Source: Amoebophrya sp. A120
Taxonomy: Eukaryota > Protista > Dinoflagellata
DNA length: 64,000 nt
Reading direction: 5' to 3'
NCBI GenBank assembly: GCA_905178155.1
Contig: CAJINV010000011.1
Span: forward strand, 829,982-893,981
Part shown: positions 24,543 to 38,100 of the stretch, piece by piece
How positions within the stretch are numbered: position 1 is the stretch's first letter
How the letters are laid out: each line of letters starts with the position of its first letter
Notes under the pieces: model-generated
Database searches by the model: none
What the model was told of the DNA's origin: nothing
What the model saw: the letters and a program-made list of their open reading frames with translations, nothing else
Program-made: the position numbers and the translations under genes

Positions 24543-25122
24543 TCTACTAGTGCGTGGTAGTGCTCCACCATCTTCGATTTTCTTGACATGCGGAAACACT
24601 TTCATCCTTTTCTTCGTCAGACAAGAGTTGTACTAGATGTGTATGTGTTTCTGGGTCGGGTACATCTGCCGTTATTGCAATTCCTTTTTCTAGCGCTGGG
24701 TCGAGGTCGTGGTGGAGCGCCTTCTTCACAGGCCCAGTATTTTTTCCGAGGGCTAGCTCTTTGAACTGTATACTATCCGCTTAAAAAAAATTTTGCAGGA
24801 AAATCTCGAATTTCATATGAAACACAACGCACCAACAAGCGACATTTTACAAATGAATTTTTGCATTTCGTACATTATTTATTCGCTTTTTCTTCTGCTG
24901 AGGCGTCGCTTTTACTTCCTTCAACAATACCGCCCGCGTCCGTACAAAACTAAAACGAAATAGCACCACCTCGAAAATAATTTCGGATTATTTATTGTCT
25001 GCCACACCGTAAACAGTTCTTGATTGTACGCCCTCTGTATAAGCCTTTTTTTCTGAAACTCGCGACACTAAATCTTGAGATTTTATTCTCTCTAGCGCTT
25101 GTCCATGTTGGAAAAAAAAAAA

Positions 25123-28100
25123 TCTCAAGGAAATTCTACCGACGGCCTGAGGAGATTCTCCCTCAAGGAGATTCCCCCCCATAAAATTTGAACTGTGAGC
25201 TGGCGTTGAGCTTCATGCTCATAGCAAGCATAGAAAGATATAGTGGACAAGACGAGCGCTGGCGCTCGTGCAAGATGAAGGGACGAGCGTGGGCCAAAGT
25301 ACGTGCGCGCCGACCGTTGCCACCAAGAGCCCCCGGCCCGCCTGTGCACCGGGGGCGGAATACTTGTTGGCCCTGCCCTTCGCCCGCCTGCCCCGCCCGC
25401 GTGGCGCCAGCCTTGCTGCAGCATCAGCCCAGGCTGCGCAGCTCCGTCCTTACATACAAAACGCGCGCAGCAGCTTTCCTCCTGATTGGCTCCCGGCGGC
25501 GCGGTGGCAGCATTTCTTTTTTTCGGTGTTTTTCGTCTTTGAAACTGGACAGAACAGGACAGCTTCTGCTTTTGCGCGCGCACTCTCTCGCCAGTGGTTA
25601 GCAATAAAAATGCAAAAAAAATTTCGCGTTGCGCGCGTGCCCCTACCTGTGGGCCCCTTTGTAGCCGGTGCGGTTGTGTGGCTTGCACGGCCGACAGCAA
25701 GAGCCGGCTAGCTTTTTTTGCTCGCACGCATTCCCGGGCCTTGCAGAGCAACGACCTTGCTCCGCACACGAGCAGCGCGCGCTGCGTCCTCCCTTTCTTT
25801 GCGCCGACGGCGCTGCGCTTCAAATTTCTGCACCGTCGCAACGGCTTTTTTTATTTCGGGCGCGTGCCGCGCCCGCTCTGCCCGTCGTTGCTTCGCGCCG
25901 ACGGCCTCGCGCCTTCGTTCGCGGACCTTCAAAATTGCCTCCGCGCGCGCGCAGCACGTGCTCCGCTCCTCGTCGTTTCGCGCTGACGGCTTTGCGCTTT
26001 TTTTTCACGAGCGCACGGCAAAAATTTTTGTCGCGCGCGTGCCACACGCGTTCCACCCTTCGTTGCGCCGCATCGATGCCCTTGCGCTTTCTTTCATGGG
26101 CGGCCGGCCGACAAAAAAAAAATTCTTACGCGCGCGCTGCGCGCGCTCCACCTTTCGTTGCTTCGCGCCAGCGCCCTTGTAGTTTGTTGCTTGCGCGGGT
26201 GCCAGACAAAAATTTTTTGCGCGCGCGCCCAACCTTTCTCTGCTTCGCGCCCGCCAGCCCCCCTGCAGTTTCTTGCACGGGGGCCCGAAAATTTTTTTTT
26301 TCGCGCGCGCGGTGCGCGCGCCCCATCCTTTGTTGCATCGCGCCAGCGCCCTTGCAGTTTCTTACACGGGTGGCCGACAAAAATTTTTCTCGCGCGCGCC
26401 AGCGAACTTGCACTTTCTTGCACGGGTGGCCGACAGAAAAACCTTTCGGGCGGGCGCAGCGCGCGCTGCATCCTTCGCTGTGTCGAGCTACCGCCCGCGC
26501 AGTTTCTGTCTCTCACGGATAACCGACGAAAAATTTTCTCGCGCGCGCCGCGCGCGCTTCATCCTTCATTGTTTCGCGCCAACGGCCTGGCGGTTTCTAT
26601 CTTGCGCGGGCGACCCAAAAAATTTTTCTTTCCCGCGCGCGCTGCGCGCGCCCCTTCCTTCGCTGCTTCGAGCCAACGCCCTGGTGGGTTCGTATCTTGG
26701 ACGGGCGACCAGAAAAATTTTCTTCCTCGCGCGCGCAGCGCGCGCGCCATCCTGTATTGCCTCGGCTCGCGCCAACGCGCTGGACGAGGCTTCTACTATG
26801 CACGGGTGGCCGGCGAATGCGAAAATTTTTTCTCGTGCGCGCGCTGCGCGCGCTGAGCGCGCTGCAACCTGCACTGCCTCGCGCCAACGCCCTGGCGGCT
26901 TCTACTTTGCACGGCCCGGTGACCGGCGAAAATTTTCTCTCGCGCGCGCGCTGCGCGCGCTCCAACCTGCATTGTCTCGCGCCAACGTCCTCGCCGTTTC
27001 ATTCTTGCGCGGGTGGCTGACAAAAAGTTTGCTCGCGCGCGCGGCGCGCACTGCTCCACCTTTCGCTGCTTCGCGCCGGCGCCTCGGCAGTTTCTATCTC
27101 GCACGGGCGACCGACATTTTTTTTTTTGGCGCGCGCCTGCACTTGCGCTATCAATCCGCGGCTTCGCTGCTTCGGCCTCGCGCCTTTCTAATTTCTTGCA
27201 CGGGTGGCCGACACAAATTTTTTTTCACGCGCGTGCCGCGATCGTGCTCTTCTTCTTCCTTGCCCTACGCCGAAGGCCATACGTGTCTGCTCGCTCGCGG
27301 CTGGCCGGCGAAAATCTCTTTCATTCACGGGCGCGCGATTTGGTTTCTTGGGTGTGGGCATTTGGCGTGTTGTACTCGGGCTACCCCGGGTCGTGGGTCC
27401 ACGGGCTTGATGTTGCCGAGTCATTATCTCGGTGGGGCGCCGGCCGCCGCAAGTTGCAGGGCCTGTTGCTCCGGTCGTTAGGAAGGGCCCGCCTTGGCGG
27501 GGTGCCCTTGAAATCGCGCCAGATGAACAGCCCGGGGCTCGTTGCCCTTGCAATCTCGCTGAAGTTGCTGAGGGGTGGTCTCCTTTTCAAATTGCACCCA
27601 CGCAAGCATGCAGCGCCTGAGCGGCTGCCGGGCGCCTGGCCCTTGGCTTGGGGTTGAGCTCTTGTTGCGCGACTTGCCTCGCGCGCTTTGTGTTTCGTTT
27701 GAGGTCGATTCTAGGTGGTCGTGGGGGTGGTTTGCCTTTGAGGTCGCTCCAGAGCGGGTGCGGGGTGATCTGCCTCTGATGCGCTCTGGTGCGAACGGCT
27801 GAGAGGCGACTTGCCGTTAAGGCGGTCGAGGGACGACTTGCTTTTTGTTGCGGCTTCGCAACGGCCACATCGGGCAGAATGGGCGTGAAATTGCGGCCGT
27901 TCTTCGGGCTTTATAGGGCAGTGCACGTGTGAGATTGCATGGGGCAAAGCGCCCTCTAGCGCGGCGCCATAGTCGGCAGGGCGCCCGGGAAAGGCTTCGT
28001 AGGGTCTTGCGCCCTTGAGCTTGCGCCTGCGTCGGGCCGCATAGGGCAGTGCGCCCGCCCTTGAAGATGCGGCTTGGGCCGCAGAGGGCGCCTCGCCCCT

Positions 28101-28447
28101 GGAATTGCACTGCGCCCGGGCGCCCAACCCCAAGGGCGATAAGTCCCGCTTTTGTGGTTTTCTGGCCGGCGGGCTATGAGAATCTCCTTGGCAAGGAGAT
28201 TCTCCCACGTTCGGGGAGAATCTCCTTGCCAAGGAGATTCTCCTTAGGAGAAGGGGAGCGAGACGGCGGGGGGAGGTGAAGGAAAAAGAAGCACATGAAG
28301 GAAAAAGAAGCACATGAAGGAAAAAAAAAAAGAAAGAAGAAAAAAGAAAAGAAAAAGGAAGAGGAGGGGGAGGAGGGGAGGAGATTCTCCTGGGGGTCCA
28401 GGAGAATCTCCTTGGGCCAAGGAGATTCTCCGAGATTTTCCTTGAAG
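25123..28447. repeat. GC-rich repeat island: degenerate ~90-bp tandem array (approx. 25600-27350) bracketed by GGAGA(A/T)TCTCC palindromic motifs; possible non-autonomous foldback-type element
   Basis: About 15-18 units of AAAATTTT..(CG)n..CCTT.GTTGCTTCGCGCC..GCCC..TTTCTTGCACGGGTGGCCGAC. Left end ctcaaggaaattct is an imperfect inverted copy of right end gagattttccttgaag. Perfect hairpin at 28178-28204. Confidence 0.7.
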
Positions 28448-29287
28448 TCGCCCCATTGTACTAACCTTTTCATCTATATTCACACGATCTGCTGTAGAGA
28501 GCAACTTTTGACTTTTTCACTTTTTACGAATTTTCAGCATTATTTTAGCTTGTTTCGCAAGCTAGGTTCGTTTGCGCAGCTCGCGACGAGAATAAAGGTA
28601 CAATACTTATCAACATTGACTACATTTTGCATTTGCATAATTTTCAGACGACCACTTCTTTTCTTCTGTGAGGCTTCAAGAAACTCAAATTTCTGTTGCA
28701 CGAGAGCGAGCAGGACATGCTTTGTGTGTCGCTAAGTTGCTGTGTCTATGCCGGCTTTCGTTATCAGCACCTGAAGCATGGCTGATGGCTCACATCGGCA
28801 GTGGTAGGAGTAGTTGCTGGATCCTGAAATCGGTTGGAGTTGAATTTTGCTAGCTGCTCGTGCTTTTTGTCGTGCCAATTCGGTTTCGTTGTCAAGAAAA
28901 ACTTGCGTGGTTTCTCGGTTCGTCAACAATGACTACTTACCTCGTATTTTCGTGAACGAATTTTTGTTTCGGTTTTCTATCTGCGGTTCTTGTTCCACTT
29001 CCGTATCGTTCGTGCGCTCGGTTTCGTTCGTTCTTCCAATGATTTTCTTCGTACGCATCGCAGTCACCGTTTCCCTAGCTGTTAAACTCGAAGCTCATGA
29101 ATAGAACCTGCACGTTTACAGTTTCCTACCGTGGTGCCCGCTCATCCTTGTACGGTGAATAAAAAAATAAACTCACACAACAAAATTATACTTGAGACTA
29201 TTCCAGCGGAACGTTTTCAAATAACCTCCTTCCTCGCTTTGCTTTCAATCCATTCGAATATTAGTAGTGCAAAGAACTACCAAAATT

Positions 29288-31397
29288 ATGTCGAGCATGA
29301 AAAAGTACTCCTCCCCCAAATCGGGTGTCCAGAAGCCACTCACCGCGATGAAGACTTCGAGCCTCAGCTCCTCCCCCAAGCTTCGCCCCTCCACTACGCC
29401 GGCGCCTGCTATGAGGAAAAGTAAAAGCCCGACGAGAAATAAAGCTCCCTCCTCCAGCTCCAACAGCCCGACACTGTCGCCGAAACGGAGTCCCCAGCAG
29501 CAAAGAGCCTCAGACTTCGAAAAGCATGTGAAGAAGAACGACATTGTGTCCCACTCCGGGTTTTGGGACGCCATTGCCCCGGAATACGACGACGAGATTC
29601 TCTCCACGATCGAAACCGACAAGACCAAGCACATCTTGGAAATCCTGAAGAAGCACGCGGACACGAAAAAGGTCGCAGTGGATTTCGGGTGCGGGGTTGG
29701 GAAATACCTCCCGACCCTGTCGAAGCATTTTCTCAAGGTCCTCGGGTTAGATTTCTCCGAAGGGCTGTTAGATCAGGCGGAGCGGAAGTGCAAAAAGTTC
29801 ACTAACGTGGAGATCCTCCGCCCGGCGATCTCCTATGAATTGTAAAAATGTCTGGGTCTGGAAGAATGGAAGGTCTGTCATGCTCTGCCAGCATGACCCC
29901 AAAGTCTGTCATGCACATTACCCAAGAGCCCCGTTTTTTTGTCATGCAGAAACGCAGTTTGTCATGCAGAATAGGCAACACCCCGAAGCTCAGAAACTTG
30001 TCATGCTGAGCCAGCACTTGTGGCCGCCTTATGATACGCCAACCAGCATCACAAGTCTCCAGACCCAGACACTTTTACATTTGATATCTCCTTGACGGAA
30101 ACGAAATCCGTGGAGCAAATGATCAAGGCAAAGCTGCCGGTGAATCACTATTGTGAGGAAAAATCCCCCCTCCCCATATCGAAAGCGGAATTTGTGTTGC
30201 TGTATTTGAGTACACAAATCACATCTGTCTTGCTAGAGAGGACTGCAGACCCATATCAAGCCTGAGCAGAGATGCTTTGACTTAGGCGCTTAGCATGAGA
30301 AGCGTCCGTGATGTTGGCTCAACAGCATGACAAACCGCCTCCATAATGGGACGGAAGCTGCTGCCCTTGTCTTCTTGCAACACAAACGTGATTTGTGACC
30401 TCAAATCAGCAACACAAATTTTCGAAAACCTACCTCTTCAATATGGGGAGGGGGGATTTTTCCTTGCGATAATCACCAGTGTGTTGACTTCGGTGTGTGC
30501 GCGAACGTGTTGCTTTCCCCGGAAAAGAACGTGCAGGTGGGGATTCTGGAGACGATTCACAAGTGCCTGAAACCGAAGGGGGTGTTGTTTCTCCTCGTGC
30601 CCGCGCTGGAGTCGCATCTGTTCGGCCTGTGGGCGGTCCAGCACGGGCCCGGCAAGGAATGCTCGCAACTGGTGAAGGGGATTGACAAGTACAGAATTTT
30701 CATTTTGCGTGTTGGTGTTTTTTTCTGTACTAGAGTGTGAACGAATACGAAAACAATTTGTTTGCCGCGGGTTTTAGTGCATGATGACTACTACGTCGAC
30801 CTAGAAGTTTCTCTCTTCTAGCGCAGTTTATTGAAATCAAACCACCACGATCAGGTACAACGCCAAGATGTCCCGCCAAGACCTCCTGAACGGCATTGTG
30901 AAACGCGGCGACCAGGAGGTCCGGACGCAGCATTACATCAAGGAACAAATTATCGAAATGGTCAACAGTGTCGGGTTTGACGTGTTGCACACCACAAAAG
31001 CCGAGTTTACCTGGGATACGGAGATCGATTTCGACTGCATTTCGAATAACACCTCGCAGTATCAAATGTAAAAATGTCTGGGTCTGGAAACTTGTGATGC
31101 TGGGTGGCGTCTCATGAACATGATGAGGCCACAAATGCTGGCTCAGCATGACAAGTTTCTGAGCTTCTAGGTGTTGCCTATTCTGCATGACAAACTGCGT
31201 TTCTGCATCACAGAAAAATGGAGCGCTTGGGTAACGTGCATGACAGATTTAAGAGTCATGCCAGACAAGCATGACAAACATGTATTCTTCCAAACCCAGA
31301 CATTTTTGCACTTGATACGCAGGCTGCCGTGGAGAAAAAGTTCAAGAAACTGAACAGCGGGCCGTTTGACTGGATTCTGGTGCTGCGGAAGGAGTAG
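29288..31397 (+). CDS. Class I SAM-dependent methyltransferase, ~364 aa; join 29288-29833,30092-30148,30477-30688,30855-31059,31323-31397
   Basis: Motif I VDFGCGVG, post-I VLGLDFSEGLL, motif II VDFGVCANVL, motif III LKPKGVLFLLVP, C-terminal PFDWILVLRK; spliced 1,095 nt in frame. Confidence 0.88.
29834..30086. mobile_element. Introner, family A
   Basis: TIR; DR TCTCC. Confidence 0.92.
30149..30471. mobile_element. Introner, family C
   Basis: TIR; DR ATCAC. Confidence 0.92.
31060..31317. mobile_element. Introner, family A (inverted relative of 29834-30086)
   Basis: TIR; DR CGCAG. Confidence 0.92.
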
Positions 31398-32157
31398 AGT
31401 TAGTACGTGTGATGAAATTTTCAAACGCAAGTTTTTCTTTTTGAAGTGCAATATCTGGTGCTATGGTATGTGAAAATGACAACGTGGCATAGATCTTGTA
31501 CTGTAACTTTTTGATCATGATCCGATTACATTTTTGGTTTTTTGCTTTTTGTTTTATTTTCTTTTTCCCACGATGCAAAAATTTCACCGATAGACATTTG
31601 CAGGAGTACATTAGAACCGTGCTGAAACAACAAGTTTCGTGTCTTTATTGTTGCAAGTAGACGTGATCTTCCACCGTGTAAATAAAAGCACTGCACTGAC
31701 CCCAATACATAGGACAATTTTTCTCCAATAACGCAGCCCTGAAAATTGTCAAAAATCGTTGTTGCTTGTCGGACGAAATCGAAAGCCCGTCGTCCGTTTC
31801 TTTTCAAAAAAATTCCGCGCTCCTATGTGTTCTCCCGGTTTCATTCACATTAGTGTAACAGGATCATCGTGTTGGCAGCTGAATCTACCAGTAAAGCCCA
31901 TGTAGAATTTCAATTTTGCGAATGAAGATCACCTGCATTTTCGTTTGCACATGCCTTCTTTCTTTTTTTTTTCCTCTGCGAGTGCTGCGGCGCGTTTGCG
32001 CGTCAGCAAGGAAGGTTGGTATGGTTGAAGTCTCGTGCTTTGTTTCATCCTATCAAAGACGCTGGAGCAGTAGCTCATCGGCACTGCTAAGTACTTAAGT
32101 ACTTTCAGAGTATAGTGGGCAGGAACTTGTTCGCTGCAACACGAAGTGTACCTACAA

Positions 32158-35100
32158 ATGACGGGAAGTGGTGGCACTAGCACGGCGGCCGCGAACTCGT
32201 TTGCACGCGCCGTGCAGTGCTTGGAGCGGTCGGTTGCGCGTCGCTTTCCGCGGGCGCAGAAGAAAAGTGGAATCCACGCCTCTCGGCGAGGCAGGGTGAA
32301 ATTACTGAGGAAAGAAAATAAAGTGAATGGTAGTTGTACTGTCAAATCCGGTGATCAGGACGCTGGTGCCCCAACCGCGAAAAGATCGGGCGACTCCACG
32401 ACAGTACAAACAGCTGCCAAAGGCATGGCTTCAAACACGAGCATCAACTCGAACATCTCTCCAGCCGTGCCAGCACTGGAAAAGGTTCTTGGCAAAAACT
32501 ACACCTACGGAGGGAGCTGCAGTTCGTCTTCTAGCCGCGGAGACCAATACATGGTTGATGGTAAAACACGAAATACAGCGAAGAACCACGAATCCAGCGA
32601 AGTAGTTGCACTAGATGCTCCTCCACCGGTAGTTTTTCCGGCGTCCGAACCCCCGCCCCGCGCGGCCCGGCGCGAGTTGCGGAGGGCGGTGCATTTGTTA
32701 AACAGCAACAAAGACGACCTGCATACGAAACTGACCGACCTGCAATTTGAGCAGCTTTGCTTGGATGTCTTACGGGTAAACCAGACGCTGAGCGCTGAAG
32801 CAACTACGGAGATCATTCAAAAACAGAATATTGGCTCAGCTAGTACCTCTCGACGGCGCAACTACGCGCAAAACACGTGCAACAAGGTGTCGTTCATTTC
32901 TCAGCACCAGGAGGATTGCAACAAGAAGGTCGCAAAGTTTTTCCAGAGCTACAACACAACTTCGCATAATACATTATCATCAACCGCTTCCACCTCTGAG
33001 CGTGACCAAGGTGCAGCTCTCTCCCTGACCGAAAACGTGTTTTTCGCGTTGCTGCAGAAGATTGAGCACTTGGGGAGGAACGATCCGGAGGTAAAGCGAT
33101 GGCGGTGGAAGCTACGATACGATGCGCTTTTGGAGGACGTTGAGACGATGGCCACCGAACCCAGCAAAACGAAAGTAGAATCTCCAACGGCGGAAGAGAG
33201 CTCCTGTGCCGGCCAATCTAGTGCTGCTGCAGCGAAGGACAATAAAGAAGGAGGACCAGTAGATGAACAACTACCCAGAAGAAAGACAATTTTCGACCCG
33301 GATGATGATACAGTGTCGACTGAACAAAAACCGTCGACTTCGACGCAGGAGACTACACTACAGTTCGAGAACTTGGCCAAGTGGATCGCTGCGAATGGCA
33401 GAGGAAGGAAGTCGAAGGGCCTTGTTGGTGGTAGAAAGAAAGTGAACATGATCTCCGTGCAATCTTTGGGATCAGCGGAAAAAAAGAGGGTCGTGCGGTG
33501 TCGGCGGTTTCGGAAAAATCTTCTCTCCGCGAAGGGGACCACGACAAGCGGGGGCCACAACGACAATAAATGGAGACAACGAGCAGGGAGGGTGGCTGCA
33601 GCAGCCTCTTGGAGAGGCAGTCAGCGATTTTTCGGAAAGATCAACATCAAGCACAAGACTTCGCGCCTAAGCAGCTCATCTACACGGCTGGTAGAAAGAA
33701 CGCGGGATCACCCCGCCGCAGCAAAACTCCAACCCTCTTTTCTCCCCCTCACCGTGAAGCACTACGCGTTTCTGATTTCGGATATTCTACCACAGTTCCT
33801 CGACGTCCTGGCAGACCGGGGCACGTTTTCCAATGCGATGCTCGAAAAGCTGTGTCTCACCGACTTCCCGGCCTACCCAGCGACAGGAACTGTTGGAAGC
33901 GGTGCTGGCGCGCTACCGACAACCGCTTTGTTGAACGGTACTAGCGTAGGTACGATAGGATCATCTCCGGCCGCTAGTACAACAACGAGTCTTATCCCGC
34001 TCAACAGCGACCAATTGACTCCTGTGTTCGGAGATACAGATACTGCAGCCTCCACTCACAACCCGCAGCCGGTGCGGTTAAATGCAAAGCTTCGCAGCCA
34101 GCTTGCCGCAGCGCTGAAGCGCACGCTCGGGAAGGCGCTGGCGTCTTCGGGACGAGGTACAAACGTCCCAGGAACGACCCCCGGCGCGGGGAAAAAAGAT
34201 ATTGTGACAGTGATCGCAGTGCCGATCGACGGAACTACGGGGAATCTGGATGTGCTGAACGGTGGGAATTTAGAAGGTTTTGATCACGATCAAGATCTTC
34301 AAGACACCGACATCCAAGAGTTGAATCTCGACAGTGCGTTGCAAGGAACAACCGGTGGTCCTGCAGACGACGCTGGTCACCAGGGCGAGCAACACGTGGA
34401 AATCGATTTTTCTACCCCGCAAGCACTGGAAACAAATGATCTACACCATCCTTCGCAAGACGATCTGATCGACCGTGTGCCTGAGAGCACAGCTGGTAGT
34501 CACGATATCAACGACTTTCCAGTGCCAGACGTGTCTGCGGAAGATCAACATGGGGAGAACGGAAATGGCACGAGCGGTGGTAAAAAGCGCAACGAGCAGC
34601 AGGGCTACTCTGCAGTGCCGCTGAGACGATATTTGCTATCGAGGACCGAACACCACGACCAGAACGGGAAGGAGAAACAGGAGAAATTGATACCTCCAAA
34701 TGGAAGTGCGCTACCGAAGGTGAAAGTGGTGCACCAACCAAGGGTCGTTCATCATGCCGGGGCGTTTCTACAACCCTTCATTCCACCTCTGGGGGGACCG
34801 CACGCACCATTGCTTGTCCCCGTCGACGTCAAGGCGGTGCTCGAAGAGATGGCAACTTCTACCACGGTAGATGAGCCACCTGGCGTTCTTTCCGGGAAAA
34901 GTGGAAATGAGGCGGCGTCGGCTTCCGCCACTTCTGCCACGGAACAAGTAAACCCGGCTGCACCTCCCGCAGGAGCCGCACCCGAAAAGAACGCCGACCT
35001 TGCAAAAGAGCGGGACGAGCCGGATGTAACAAGCAGCGGCTCTCCTCCTTCATCCGTAAAAACCTCGGTGGAGCCGAGCGACGATGATGAACAAACCACC

Positions 35101-38100
35101 GCTTTAACATCGACGGCATCTCCAAATCCAAAAGAACCACCGTCTTACCACCGTGTCGTCACTGCCTCGGATGACTACAGGGCGTTCGAGGCAGATGATA
35201 GGTTGGAGAACTGGATCCGGCAAAACAGCAGTGCAGCCGCTGCAACGCGTACTAGCCATGACCTGGTTCCGATCCGTCAACAAGAAAATCATACATTCCT
35301 CGAGCACCGAGCAAGATCGTCAGCTCCATCCTCTGCAGAAGTTGCCAGGGACGGCGCTCCGGGAATGACAGCGGCATCTTCGCCCACAACGTCGATGACG
35401 GCAACTACTAAGCCCTTCCTGTTTAATCAGCGCAAGCGCAAAGGTTTTCTGTTCTCAGCCAGCGAAAAGGAGAACCTGCACAAGGATCGCGGTCCAGATG
35501 ATGCTGAGCTAGCAGACAAAGAGCCAGTTAATGACAGTAAGATGGATGCAGTGCCAGCAACATCAGAAACGAGCAGCTTACCATCAATCCCGTACAACTC
35601 GCGGTCCCGTTGGGCGCTCGCACGGAAGTTCCGAAAGGGTGAGCTGAAAGGAGGAGAAGGAACAATTTCTCCAGATGATACAGTAGGAGGATTTCCAAGG
35701 GGCAGTACGGGTGGTCAGCCGGATACCAGTACGGGCTCAAGATCTACTAGTGCACCGGGCAGGAATCCCTTCTTTCCGGTTAATCAAGCCGAAGATCACC
35801 ACGCGCAGCAAGGCAACCACAGTACAGCAGCACAAAGCGCGCCCCTGGCCTTGCAGCTTGCCGGGATCCTGCGGAAAGTGCTTGAGAAGCTTCAAGGACA
35901 ACAAGGGCCGCAAAATCTTCAAGGGGTTCGTGTTGCGCCAGGTGGACCGTCGGTATCCGCAGTAGCACCTACCGGACAAGAAGACTTCGGTGCGGATGAG
36001 AACCACGACCGTGATCACGCAGAGAGCGGTCCGGACGAGACTGCTGGAGACGAGCCGGTGGAAGAATCCACTTCAACCACACATGCTGCCAAATCCTATG
36101 TTGACGCCGCCAAAATCCACCGCGAAATCGTGCAAAGCACCGACCTCGCCGCGCTAAACGACTACAGCGCCTGGCGCATGCGGTTGAAGGGCACTCTGGT
36201 CGGCGGTGGGCCGAAATTGAGTCTTTTAGAGAGTCTGGCGGCGGAGAGCTTTTTGTTCAAGCAGCTTTCTTCACAAAGAGATTCGGTTAGAAACACCAGG
36301 CGAAATAATTCATCAGGCGAAAAGGACCGCGGGGAGTTGATCCAGAAAGCCAATCTTTCCTGGCAGCAGAGGATCACAACCGCAGTGCTGAGGCGACCAC
36401 CGGAAAATTACACGACGCCTGGTGGCACACTGCATCAAGTGGAAGCCGATGACACTGATGAAGCGACCACCACTACAACCAGGACAACAGAAGAACGCTA
36501 CAACAAAGATTTCTCTGGTGCTCTCGCACAAAACATACTGCAGCGCTTTGCGTTGCGCGTTCCGGTCAAGACTTGTTCGGAGTTTCAGCAAAACAAAGAC
36601 AACTTGCTGGAGCTGCTGCAGCTGGGAGCCGCACACAGTAGTCGTGACCAACGAGTAGAGGCCTCGTCTTCAGTAACGAACTTTTCCAACCTGCTCGGGC
36701 GGATCTCACTTGGCAAACTATCGCTCGAAGACCTGTGCAGTCTGGTCGTCACGGTTCACAGGATGCAGAAACGGCTAGCAGGTGGGGGTTTTTCGGATAT
36801 TAAAACGGCCAAAATAAATACCTCCAGGAGGAACGATGGAAAGAACCACCAAGAACTGTCGGAGCCGTTGAAGCACACACTGTCCCATTACGTCTTCCGT
36901 CGCATGTTCTTTTCTGACAACCGAAGAACCAGAAGTTCTTCGGCAGCTTGCAGTATTAAAAGTCGCCATGATCCCCTACCGCTTCTTCGCCACCATCGCC
37001 TCCCGAGCAGATTGGTAAGCGATTTGTGCATCGCGCTGGATTTGGAGAGGCAATTTCTAGCGTATTGCGAGCAGCAGATGATTTGTTCCCACGCTTCTAG
37101 CGGCAGCAATGTCCTCACGACGGGGAGGGCACAAAAAATGGATGACAAAAGCAAACACGCTTGTCTCCACCGCATGCTTGCCGTAGTAAACGCCATCGAC
37201 CAGTTTCCGAACCGAGGAAAGATCAAAAACCAGCTATTGCCACAAGTCGCGGAAAATCTTCACCGGTTCATAGTACAACCACCGGCGACGTGTTGGTCCT
37301 CGTCTTCGCCTGCGGATCTTGGTTCCTCTGGCACTCCACTCAGCAGCACTACTAGAGCGCTCGAAAAACTGACAGAACTCGCGGTGCATTGCGTCAAGAA
37401 CGACTTCACGTTGGCGAATGCACCAGCGTTTCAACGGTTATTCGAGGAGCACGTTAGTAGTATGGTAAAAAGTCTGGAAGTTGTAGAACATCGAGTAGCT
37501 GCGGCCCCTGGTTCTCCTCCACCTCCTCTCCGTCTCCCCGCGGCCTGGCTGCGGGTTTTCTGGAAGTCATTTGGTCCGGAAGAGTGGACGGGGCTGGTCG
37601 CCAAAAATTTGGCGGAATTGAAGCAGTTGGTCCGAAGGCGAAGTGTGGGAGGTACTACGAGCGAAGAAGATGATGACCCGTACAGACTGTTCCTCCTCCA
37701 CACCTTCGTAAATGCGGAATGGACCGGGCTGAAAGGATTTCGCGAGGAAGTTGAAGGTAAGTACGTAAGCATGTGCAACGACGTATTCTGCGTGAATCGT
37801 GAATCGCTCCAGCTCGGACACCAGGGATTTTCAGTTGGAGTTCAGCGTCAGGTTGTACCGTTTCAAATGTGAATTTTGTCTTTACAACGAAGTGATGTTT
37901 TTGTTCAATTGTTCACGCATTAGGATTAGCATTACAATTACATGCAAAACAGCTCTCTGGCTCCGGTCCCGCGAAGTTCGTGCGGTCCAGCGAGGAGTTT
38001 TTCACCGTGCCACCCTCGAGGCCTCGCACCTCAGCGACCTTGGTCCGCGCTACACTCGGGAGGTTCTGCGGCAGTGGAGGCTGTTGTTGGGAGATGAGGA

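Noticed and set aside
25668-27657. Long Arg/Ala-rich ORFs (284, 232, 402, 214 aa)
   Set aside because: They arise from the stop-poor GC-rich satellite; open in multiple frames with no domain features.
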